Shown here piece by piece: positions 39,378 to 49,816 of a stretch of 64,000 nt of DNA. The notes below the pieces were generated by a model. It had not been told where the DNA came from. It did not search any database and worked only from the letters and a program-made list of their open reading frames with translations. A program made the translations under genes and the position numbers. The first letter of the stretch is position 1. Every line of letters starts with the position of its first letter. The stretch is from an uncultured delta proteobacterium (GTDB lineage: Bacteria; Desulfobacterota; Syntrophia; Syntrophales; UBA5619). The stretch spans positions 32,001 through 96,000 of the forward strand of contig CAWFOM010000025.1 in the NCBI GenBank assembly GCA_963817385.1, read 5' to 3'.

Positions 39378-40685
39378 TTACTTCTCCATCTTCTTGTCCA
39401 TCTGCTCGGCGCCCTTCTTGGCAGCCTCGGCAACGTCCTTCCCCTCGATCGCGGCCACGATCACCTGGCCGGTGATGTCGCGGATCTCGGGGACGTTGAT
39501 GACCGGCGGGTTCCACTGGCCCTGGCCGATGTCAAAGGACTTCATCGTGGCGGCGGTCCAGTCGGGCTGCTTGTCGCCCGCCTTGTATTCCTTGGATTTC
39601 CAGGACGAGGCCCTTCCCGAAGGCACCCCGGCGAGGAGCGCGCCCAGGCAGTTCTCCTTGTTGGTCGCCCACTGGATGAAGAGCCACGCCGCCTTCTGCC
39701 GCTCGGGGGCGCTGGTCTTGCTGATCGAGAGGCTCCAGTTGGAGACGTGGGGGAGCTGCAGCCCCTTGGGGCCCTTCGGGATCACGGCGTAGCCGACCTT
39801 GCCGGCGACCTTCGATTCCTTGGGGTTTTCGTACAGGGCCTTGAAGACGTTGGCGTCATAGATCATGGCGGCCTTCCCCTCCATGAAGGCGGAGGTGCTC
39901 TCCGCCCAGTGGAGCATCGTGCCGCCCTGGGGACCGTAGTTTCTCAGCAGATCGCCGTAGAATTTGAAGGCCGCGATGTCCTCGGCGGAGGCGAAGTTCG
40001 ACTGGCCCTGGGCGTTCGTCCAGGAGCCGCCGAAGGTGTAGAGGAAATCGACCCACTGGGAGGTGGCCGCCGCCCCTTTGCCGCGGAGCGTGATGCCGAC
40101 CATCTTCTTGCCGTCAACCTCCTTGCCGGTGAAGTACTTGGCGACCTGCTCGAGCTCCTTCATGGTCGTGGGGACCTTCTGCTTGAACTTCGTGAAGAGG
40201 TCCTTGCGGTAGGCCAGAAGCGACGTCTCGGCGTTGATGACGATGCCGATCTGCTTGCCCTCCACCGAAGAGGCCTTGGCAAAACTGGCGAAGAAGTCCT
40301 TCGGATCCCAGGCCGGATCAGTCAGCTTGGGATCGGCGATGTACGCATCCAGGGGCTGGAGCCATCCCGCTTTCCAGTAATGCAGGTCATCCTGGCCCGG
40401 CATGATCATGTAACCGTCAACCTTGCCGCCGGCGTTGAGCTCGATCGTCCGTTTGTTCCGGTACTGATCCTCCGGGAACGCCTCGATGACGACCTTGATG
40501 CCGGTGAGCTTCTCGAACTCGGCCACCTTCGGCTCGATGTAGGTCGTAAAGGGGTGCTTGTTCATCAGAAATCGGATTTCCGTGCCCTGGCTCTGCTTCC
40601 AGTCGACGGCGGCAAAGGCGCTCGCCGACGCCATCCCCACGCACAGAAGTGCCGCCACCGCTACCACTACCATTTTTCTTTTCAT
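39378..40685 (-). CDS. Sugar ABC transporter substrate-binding protein
   Basis: Signal peptide, FEKLTGIKV, YRKDLF, SKVAGKVGY, AAWLFIQW. Confidence 0.92.
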   Translation of the reverse strand: MKRKMVVVAVAALLCVGMASASAFAAVDWKQSQGTEIRFLMNKHPFTTYIEPKVAEFEKLTGIKVVIEAFPEDQYRNKRTIELNAGGKVDGYMIMPGQDDLHYWKAGWLQPLDAYIADPKLTDPAWDPKDFFASFAKASSVEGKQIGIVINAETSLLAYRKDLFTKFKQKVPTTMKELEQVAKYFTGKEVDGKKMVGITLRGKGAAATSQWVDFLYTFGGSWTNAQGQSNFASAEDIAAFKFYGDLLRNYGPQGGTMLHWAESTSAFMEGKAAMIYDANVFKALYENPKESKVAGKVGYAVIPKGPKGLQLPHVSNWSLSISKTSAPERQKAAWLFIQWATNKENCLGALLAGVPSGRASSWKSKEYKAGDKQPDWTAATMKSFDIGQGQWNPPVINVPEIRDITGQVIVAAIEGKDVAEAAKKGAEQMDKKMEK

Positions 40686-40750
40686 ACGCTTCCTCCTCCA
40701 GAAATGTTTGCGAAATAGAGGGTCTCCCCCTATTTCTCCTGTGTTGGTCC

Positions 40751-41854
<1,104 letters not shown>

Positions 41855-41881
41855 GACAATTGCCCCTTTTCAATCACATAC

Positions 41882-42739
41882 TTAAATCGAGTAAGACGAA
41901 AATCCCCCATCGATCGGCACCACCACGCCGGTCACAAAGCCCGAGGCGTCCGAAAGGAGCCAGATCAGGGCGCCGATCAGATCGTCCGGGAGGCCGTACC
42001 GGCCCATCGGCGTATGATCAATCACCTGGCGGGCGCGGGGGGTGAGCTCCCCCGTGCTCTGATCGATATGGAGGAATCTGAGCTGCTCCGTCATGAAGAA
42101 ACCCGGCGCCAGGGCGTTGACGCGGATGCCGGTATGCGCAAAATGGACCGCCAGCCACCGGGTGAAGTTGCTTACCGCCGCCTTGGCCGCCGAATAGACC
42201 GCCACTTTGGTCAGCGGCAGGAAGGCGCTCATGGAGGAGATGTTGACGATGGCCCCCCCGCCTTTCGCGACCATCCCCCGGGCAAAGGCCTGGGTCGTGA
42301 GAAACGTGCCCATGAAATTGAGATCGAACACCTGGCGGAAACCGGATGGATCGAGATCGAAAAACGACTGGTCTGCCGGATCGCCCGGTCCGGCGGGGTC
42401 GTGGAATTCCATCGATGTGGTGCCCCGGGGGTCGTTGCCGCCGGCGCCGTTGATCAGAAAATCGGGTTGACCCCAGAGCCGTGTTATCTCTTCGCAGCAC
42501 TCCTGCAGGCGGAGGGGGTCGAGGACATTGCATTGCAGAGCCGAGGCTTCTCCTCCGGCGCGGATGATCGACTGCGCCCGGGCTTCGGCTTTTTCCCTGC
42601 CGATGTCCAGGACGGCCACCTTTACCCCTGCCGCACCCAGGGCTTCAGCCATGGCGCCGCACAACTCGCCCCCGCCGCCGGTGATAGCGGCAATTTTTCC
42701 GGTCAGATCGAAACGCTGCAAGACGTTATTGTTCGTCAT
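41882..42739 (-). CDS. SDR, D-mannonate oxidoreductase/gluconate 5-dehydrogenase-like
   Basis: TGGGGELC, NGAGGNDP, PLTKVAVYSAAKAAVSNFTRWLA, DGGFSSY; start placed at MTNNN. Confidence 0.85.
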   Translation of the reverse strand: MTNNNVLQRFDLTGKIAAITGGGGELCGAMAEALGAAGVKVAVLDIGREKAEARAQSIIRAGGEASALQCNVLDPLRLQECCEEITRLWGQPDFLINGAGGNDPRGTTSMEFHDPAGPGDPADQSFFDLDPSGFRQVFDLNFMGTFLTTQAFARGMVAKGGGAIVNISSMSAFLPLTKVAVYSAAKAAVSNFTRWLAVHFAHTGIRVNALAPGFFMTEQLRFLHIDQSTGELTPRARQVIDHTPMGRYGLPDDLIGALIWLLSDASGFVTGVVVPIDGGFSSYSI

Positions 42740-43770
42740 AACCCGCCCCGCTCGTCCATAAAGGCCGACACCTCTTCCCAGGAGGGCATGGAGATGGAGC
42801 AGCCGTGACGGGTCACCACCATGGCGCCGCAGGCATTGCCCAGCCGCGCGGCCCTCCGCAGGTCCCACCCCTTGACATAGCCGTACAGGAACCCCGCACC
42901 GAATGCATCGCCTGCGCCCAGGATGTTCTGGACCGTTACCGGAAACCCCGGGACATCCTCCGCCGCACTGTCGCGCCGGTGAATCCGGCAGCCGTCTTTG
43001 CCGCGCTTCTCCACCACCACCGCGGGCCCCCGCTCCATCAGGGCGCGGGCATGTTCGGCGGCATTTCCGGCTACCCGGGCATCGGTCAATTGGGAATCGG
43101 TCAGACGGACGGAGTGCGTGTCGGCCAGCATGGCGGCGTTGATCTCATCCTCGGTGCCCAGGATGATATCCACGCAAGAAAGGGCGGAGCGGACCGCAAT
43201 GCCGTAAGCGCGGGGATCGCACCACTGGTCCGGCCGGAAATCCAGGTCGAGGACGACGGCGGTGCCTGCCTTCCTGGCGAGTTCCGCCGCGTAAAGGGTT
43301 GCGCTCCGGACCGGCTCTTTGCTGAGATTCGTGCCGGCGAACTGAAACACACGGCTCTGCGCGATCGGGGCGGCGGGCACATCGTTGATGTCAAGGGCGC
43401 AGTCGGCGCAGTTTTCGCGGTAAAAGACAATCGGAAACTTGTCCGGCGGCTCGATGCCCAGAACGACGATGCTGGTATGCCGGCCCGGTTTTCTCGGGCT
43501 GAAACGGACGTTCACGCCCTCTTTGCTGAGAAAATGGACCACGAAGTCGCCGACGGGGTCTTCTCCGAATGCGGTCAGAAGCGCCGAGGTCAGGCCCAGC
43601 CTGCGGCAACCGACGCTCATATTGGTGGGAGATCCGCCCACGTATGCGGCAAAGCTTTTGATGTCGACAAATGCGGCCCCCACATCGTTGCTGTAAAGGT
43701 CCATGCAGGATCGGCCCATGTGAAACGTGTCGTAGGTGTGGCGGGTGCGAGGGGGGTCTTGGCTGCCCAT
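42736..43770 (-). CDS. iolC: 5-dehydro-2-deoxygluconokinase-like PfkB kinase
   Basis: MGRSCMDLY, YVGGSPTN, FPIVFYRENCAD, DFRPDQW, LGAGDAF, TRHGCS. Confidence 0.82.
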   Translation of the reverse strand: MGSQDPPRTRHTYDTFHMGRSCMDLYSNDVGAAFVDIKSFAAYVGGSPTNMSVGCRRLGLTSALLTAFGEDPVGDFVVHFLSKEGVNVRFSPRKPGRHTSIVVLGIEPPDKFPIVFYRENCADCALDINDVPAAPIAQSRVFQFAGTNLSKEPVRSATLYAAELARKAGTAVVLDLDFRPDQWCDPRAYGIAVRSALSCVDIILGTEDEINAAMLADTHSVRLTDSQLTDARVAGNAAEHARALMERGPAVVVEKRGKDGCRIHRRDSAAEDVPGFPVTVQNILGAGDAFGAGFLYGYVKGWDLRRAARLGNACGAMVVTRHGCSISMPSWEEVSAFMDERGGL

Positions 43771-43787
43771 AGAGTGAGTTCCTGTTA

Positions 43788-43910
43788 GCGGGCTGTTGAA
43801 AAACGCTCATCTGTTGCGTTGCGCTGCAAACCGCATCGCTCAACGCATTTTCCTATACGTCTCGCTCTTCTGTGTTTGCACGCTTTGCATCTAAACATTG
43901 TTGTATCTGT
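43788..43910. repeat. Degenerate MITE-like intergenic element
   Basis: GGCTGTTGAAAAACGCTCATCTG left end, internal TGCAAAC/GTTTGCA inverted arms, TTGCATCT right part; recognised from memory only. Confidence 0.4.
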
Positions 43911-43988
43911 ATATATCACATCCGCCTCTCTTGACAAGTTGCAAATGGGTCCTTATCGACCCCGGAAGGGCCGGGTGCGTAAAGGACC

Positions 43989-44099
43989 GGGTGGATACTT
44001 GCACGGAGGACCATTGATGCTTTAATGGATCCGGGCGGACCGGCAGGCGAAGGCGAGGCGCCGCCGCCCAAACCATCCGGGAGGAGAAATGCCATGACC
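43989..44099 (+). repeat. Duplicate of the promoter, leader and first codons of the O-methyltransferase gene (partner 48630-48741)
   Basis: ~111 bp, identical except a 1-nt gap and one substitution. Confidence 0.93.
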
Positions 44100-44130
44100 G
44101 CTGAGGTAGGCTTCCGGCGTCCGGCCTGCC

Positions 44131-45335
44131 CTACTTCCGTGGCCGGACGGATGAGCCGTCGCGGATGGAATCGTCGGGATGGGCGATCACCTTTTCCCGC
44201 TCTTTGAGGCCGGAGATGATCTCCGCCGTGAGGCCGTTTCTCTGCCCCACCTCAACGCTGCGCAGCCGAGCCCTGCCGCCGTCTTCAACAAACACCGCCC
44301 ACCCGTTTCCCGAACGGAAAAGGGCGCCGGCGGGAACCTGGAGGATGGCCTTCCCCTCCCAGACGACAAAGTGCGCTTCCAGGCGGTAACCGTCGCCAAG
44401 GAGGCGCCATGCCTCCGCGCGGAGAGGTGATATCCGCAAGAACGAGTACCCGCTGTTCTTCAACGCCAAGGCTTGAAACCTTCGTGAATCCCGCCGGCTC
44501 GACCACCCGCACGACTCCTGTCAGGATCCCGTCGCCGCCCCACCGTTTCAACAAGACCGTCATCCCCTTTTTTATCTTCACTGCATCGGAAGAGAGCACT
44601 TCGACGCGGACTTCGAGATTGTTCGCGTTCCCGATATCCATCAGGGGGGCGCCGGCAGCGACGGCGCCTTCGCTTTCCCGGTAGATTCGGAAAATGGCGC
44701 CGTCGACCGGCGACGCGACACGCACGATATCCGGTTTTTCGGATCTCCCCGTCGGGTTGACGGATTGCAGCGTTGTTTTTATCCGCTCAAGCTCGGAGCG
44801 GGCGACATCGACCGCGGCTTTTGCCGCGGCGTGGGCCGCCCGCGCCTTTTTCGCCTCGGAGGCGGTCTGCTCGTACTGGTCCTTTGCAACGGACCCCTTC
44901 GCATGGAGATTCGCAATCCTCTGCCAATCGTTTTTCGAGGTAGTCGGCATCGGCCTCTGCGGCGCGCTCCTTCTCCCTTGCCGCGCTGAGCGCCGCCTCG
45001 GCGGCGGAAACGGCGGCTTCGGTTTCCGCGCGGCTTCGGGGATCGAGGGCTTGCGAGCGCAGCGGTTCCAGAGTGACCACGGCCTGCCCCTTTCGCACCG
45101 GATCTCCTACCTTGGCATCGATGCGCCGCATGTATCCGGCGGTCGGGGCTGAGAGGACGAACCGCTCTTTCAGACGGGTGCGCCCCTCTTCTTCAATCGT
45201 GACCTGAAGGGGGCCGCGTGAGACCGCAAGGAGATCGACGTCGACCGCTCTGGGGAGAAAACCGTAAATCGTTGCCGCAATCGCGATCATGATGATGGCG
45301 ATGACCGATAGATTTCTGCGCAGCGCAGGCTTCAT
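44131..45335 (-). CDS. Efflux periplasmic adaptor (HlyD/MFP), two frameshifts
   Basis: EEEGRTR, SPVDG, VEPAGFTKVSSLGVEEQRV, LGDGYRLEA across three frames (shifts near 44925 and 44410). Confidence 0.85.
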
Positions 45336-45339
45336 AAGG

Positions 45340-47707
45340 CTACTCCCTGGTTTTGAGGACCTCGACGAGATCCAGATGATCCAGTTTATGGCGCACGATC
45401 AGCCCCGATACCGAAGCCGACGCAAGAACGACCGCCGCCGCGAGGGAAAACGTCCGGGGTTGGATGATCAGCGGCACCCGGAAAAGATCGGAGGCCAGCG
45501 CCTGCGCGATATACGCGCAGAGCCAGTATCCGATGACGAACCCCAGGGGGATGGCGATGAGCGTGATAATCCCCAGTTCTCCCAGGAGGATGTACGAGAT
45601 CTCGCCCCGCGTGTAACCCAGCACCCGGAGGCTGGAGAGCTCCCGGCTTCGCTCCGAAAAGGCGATCCGCGCACTGTTATAGACGACGCCGAAGGCGATG
45701 GAACAGGCCATCACTGTAGCAATAAACGTGAAAAAAAGCATTCCTTTGGCCTGCACGTCATGGAAATTGCGGATTTCGTTTCGTCTGAGCATGGTTCCGG
45801 AGACCCGCGGCATTTGGATGAAACTCCGGAAGAGTTTCCCGTTGAAGAGCGGATCGGTAGCCAGATACGCGCCGGATATGGCATCGCCCTCTCTCAGCAA
45901 ACGGTTGAGCGCCGTAACATCCATATACCCCATCACCCCCAGATACAGCCTGACGAGCGCAACGACCGGCACCTGGCGGAGCGGCTTCGAACCTTCGAGT
46001 ACCTGGACGGTCACCAGGTCGCCGGCCTTCACGCCGAGCATTTCGCCCAGATGATCGGTCAGCACGATCCCGGAAGGCGGAAGGGAGATGACCCGAAGAT
46101 CCGTGTCCAGGAGAAGATACAGGCGGCTGCCGGATTCTATCCCGTTGATGACCGTCCGGTGGCTGCGGGCGCCATACGTCAGTTTTACCGGGACCGTTCG
46201 AAAGGTCTCGGCGTGATGAACGCCCGGGAGTTCTTTGAGCTCATAGAGCGCCCTGCGGGAAGTCGGGTCGGTGAACACCACCTTCATCTCTTCCTTTTGG
46301 GAAAGAACAAATTGGACGTTGACCATAAAATCGACGGCATCTTTAAAAAATCCGCTGGAGATCATCGTAGCGCAGGCGACGGCGATGCCCATCATGGAGA
46401 GAAACGTTCTGATCGGCTTGCGCTCGATATTGCGCAGGATGATCCGCGACGGCTGGGTGAGCCAGCGGCCGATCCCCGTTTTCTCCAGGAGCGTCACCCG
46501 GTACTGCGCGGGAGGCTCGGGCCGCATCGCCTCGGCAGGCGGCTGTTTGGCGGCCCGCCACAGGGAGTGCACGGTGCCGGCAAGGGCCGAGACGATGCTG
46601 ATCAGGACGGCGGAAACGATCACCCCCGGGATGCACGGTATACAGAAGGGAGGGGAAACGATAGACCGCCATGTAAATATCGCCCAGCATCTTCCCGAAC
46701 CAGATGCCCGCAACGATGCCTCCAATCAAGCCGGGAAAGATAATCAGCACAACCAGCTTCGCATAATGGATGCCGATATCGAGATTCGCGTAACCGAATG
46801 CCTTCAGGGCGGCAATCTGTTCACGCTGCGTGTTAATCGTCCTGCTCATCACGACATTCAACAAAAATGCGGCAACACAGACGAAAATGGTCGGGAATAT
46901 TTCCGAGCTCCTCTGGAGCTGCTGAAATTCCGCGTTCAGGAGGCGGTGAGATATCTGATCCTTGCGCGCATAGGCGCCGAACCCCCCGTACTGTTCCACG
47001 ATCGTGTCAATCTGCGCGAGGACATCGTTCAATTTGGCGTCCGGAGTGAGGGTCAGGACGACATCATTGAACGCCCCGTCCATGTCATACGCCTTGCTGA
47101 GCACCTTGCGACTCATCCACAGAACGCCGAACCGTTTGAAATCCGGGCTCGCCGACTCCGGCTGCATCAGAAGAACGAACTCCGGAGAGAGGGCGATGCC
47201 GGTGATCGTCAGGGTCTTCCATTTGCCGTTGATGATCGCCGCAAAACGATCGCCGAGAGTGAAGCCGTGCGCCTGAGCGAAGGTTTCATTGATCACGGCC
47301 TCGTTATCCTTCGCCGGATCGGGAAGCCGCCCTTTCCTGAGGTAGAGGCGGTTCATCAGCGGGTCGCCGTCATCGGGCAGGGAGATAATCCTGGCGTTCA
47401 CCGGCTCCGGGAAGCTGCCGATTGAGAGTTTGCAGTAGGCGGAAACGCGGGTTTCAAGCTGATTGACGCCGGGAACAGCCTTGATTTTCTCCTTCAGACT
47501 TTCCGGCGCCCGCTTCAGGGTGACGAAAACATCGGCAAAATGATAATCCCGGTAAAAACTGTCGCGGGTGAGATTCAGCGAATCCATCGTGCTGATGAAC
47601 ATGATAAAGGTCGCGACCCCGCTCATCACGACCAGGGTAATGGCAAATACCTGACCCTTCATGCGCCAGAGATCCCGCCAGAGCTTCCGGTTCAGGGCCT
47701 TCATCAT
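45340..47707 (-). CDS. MacB/FtsX-like ABC permease (frameshift near 46630)
   Basis: [37 protein letters not shown]; two overlapping ORFs form one gene. Confidence 0.87.
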
Positions 47708-47708
47708 C

Positions 47709-48446
47709 TCACCATTGCAGCTCGCCGGGCGGTTTTTTCACCGTGTTGACCTCCACCTGGGTTATCCTCCCGTTACTGAGATGGACGACGCGGTCGGCCA
47801 TGCCGGCGATGTCCGCGTTATGGGTAATGATCGCCGTCGCCGTGCCCAGCTCACGGTTGATCCGCTCCAGGGCTTCGAGGACCACGATTCCCGTTTTGGA
47901 ATCGAGGGCCCCGGTGGGCTCGTCGCAGAGCAGTACTTCCGGATTCTTTGAGATGGCCCGCGCGATCGCGACGCGCTGCTGTTCGCCGCCGGAGAGCTGG
48001 GCGGGGAAATGATCAAGCCGCTCGTTGAGTCCGACAAGTCCCAGGGCATCTTCCGGCGCCATGGGATTACTTGCGATCTCCGTCACGACCGCCACATTTT
48101 CCCGTGCGGTCAGGCTGGGAATCAGGTTGTAAAACTGAAAGACGAACCCGACATGGAAACGGCGATACTCCGTCAGCTCCTGCTCACTGGCATTCGTCAG
48201 GTTTTTGCCCCGGTAGGAGACCGTGCCGCTGGTGGCCGTATCCAGTCCGCCGAGGATGTTGAGCAGCGTGGATTTCCCGCTTCCCGAAGGTCCGAGCAGG
48301 ACGATCAGCTCCCCCGGGTAGAGCTCCAGATTCGCCCCCCTGAGCGCATGAACCGAGACCTCTCCCATGACGTACGTCTTCGTGAGGTCCCGGACCTGAA
48401 AAACGACCTCTCCCGGAGTATTCGCGTTTCCTTTGTTCGGGAACAT
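47709..48446 (-). CDS. LolD/MacB-like ABC ATPase
   Basis: [32 protein letters not shown]. Confidence 0.95.
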   Translation of the reverse strand: MFPNKGNANTPGEVVFQVRDLTKTYVMGEVSVHALRGANLELYPGELIVLLGPSGSGKSTLLNILGGLDTATSGTVSYRGKNLTNASEQELTEYRRFHVGFVFQFYNLIPSLTARENVAVVTEIASNPMAPEDALGLVGLNERLDHFPAQLSGGEQQRVAIARAISKNPEVLLCDEPTGALDSKTGIVVLEALERINRELGTATAIITHNADIAGMADRVVHLSNGRITQVEVNTVKKPPGELQW

Positions 48447-48629
48447 CTGTTCGACACCCCCTGGTGGAATAAAAAGGATGAACTCGTTGGCTGCCTTCTC
48501 AAGATCTAAACTCTCGTTATATTTGTCAAGTGATTATTGATGGCCTGCATTTACCACAAAATACGGGCTGCGGTATCGGTGATCATGGAGGGTGCGGTTC
48601 TTTCGGAAGATTGCAGGTTATCGGACCAG

Positions 48630-48741
48630 GGGTGGATACTTGCACGGGAGGACCATTGATGCTTTAATGGATCCGGGCGGACCGGCAGGCGAAGGCGAGG
48701 CGCCGCCGCCCAAACCATCCGGAAGGAGAAATGCCATGACC
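48630..48741 (+). promoter_or_regulatory. Sigma70 promoter plus hairpin leader and RBS of the methyltransferase
   Basis: TTGCAC-17 nt-TTTAAT with TG extension; GGGCGG/CCGCCC stem; AGGAG RBS. Confidence 0.65.
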
Positions 48742-49725
48742 ACGCAGGATAACGATCAGCCGAAATGGAGTCAGGAAACGATTATGGCTCTGAGCCGGGC
48801 CTTTATGGAAAGCCGCGTCTTTTTGACCGGTGCGGAGCTCGATCTCTTCACCCTGGCGGCGTCTGCGCCGATGAACGCCCGCGAGATCGCCGAGCGGATC
48901 GGCGCTGATTTGCGTGCGCTGACGATTGTGCTCGACGCCCTGGCGGCGATGGGACTTCTGATCAAGCGGGATGATGCCTACCGCACCGAACCTTCCGCCG
49001 CACGGCTCCTGGCCGCCGACAGCCCCGAGTCGATCCTGCCGATTATCCGGCACAGTATCGATTTGTGGGAACGCTGGGGTCGGCTCACCGGCAAGATTGT
49101 GAGGCCGCGGAAACCGGATAAGTCGATGAGCGCCTTCATCGGCGCGATGCACGTCATCGGGAGGCCGCTTGCCCCGCGCATCGTAGCGCTGGTCAACCCG
49201 GCAGGGGCGCGGCGACTCCTCGACGTGGGAGGAGGGTCGGGGACTTATACACTGGCGTTTTTGCAGGCGGCGCCGGCGATGCGGGCGACGATTTTCGATC
49301 AGCCGCCGGTGATCGACATGGCGCGCGAACGGATGGATGCCGCCGGGGTGCGTGAACGAGTGACGCTGGTTGCGGGGGACTATCGGAAAGATCCGCTGCC
49401 CGGGGGGCACGACCTCGCATTCGTCTCGGCGATCATCCACCAGAATTCGCCGGCGGAGAACCGGGAGATGTTCCGCAAGATCTTCGCCGCCCTGGAGCCC
49501 GGGGGGCGGATCGTGGTGCGCGATCATGTGATGAGTCCCGACCGCACGGAACCCCGATCGGGCGCCCTCTTCGCGGTGAATATGCTGGTTGGTACGGAGG
49601 GCGGCAACTCCTACACGGAGGCCGAGATCCGTGAGGCGCTCACCGAGGCCGGCTTTACCGGCGTCCGGGTCATCCACCCGGATACGCGTATGGATGGCCT
49701 GGTGGAGGCCTTCAGGCCGCGATAG
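48736..49725 (+). CDS. SAM-dependent O-methyltransferase (dimerisation + Methyltransf_2)
   Basis: ELDLFT, FIGAMH, LLDVGGGSG, SAIIH, LEPGG, AVNMLVGTEGG. Confidence 0.9.
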   Translation: MTTQDNDQPKWSQETIMALSRAFMESRVFLTGAELDLFTLAASAPMNAREIAERIGADLRALTIVLDALAAMGLLIKRDDAYRTEPSAARLLAADSPESILPIIRHSIDLWERWGRLTGKIVRPRKPDKSMSAFIGAMHVIGRPLAPRIVALVNPAGARRLLDVGGGSGTYTLAFLQAAPAMRATIFDQPPVIDMARERMDAAGVRERVTLVAGDYRKDPLPGGHDLAFVSAIIHQNSPAENREMFRKIFAALEPGGRIVVRDHVMSPDRTEPRSGALFAVNMLVGTEGGNSYTEAEIREALTEAGFTGVRVIHPDTRMDGLVEAFRPR

Positions 49726-49816
49726 GGAATGCCCCCCTGCTGCGATCGTCTCTCCCGTTTACGGCGTCTGCGTCAGGAACCAGCGAATGTTGCTTGCCTG
49801 CACGTACGCTCAATTC

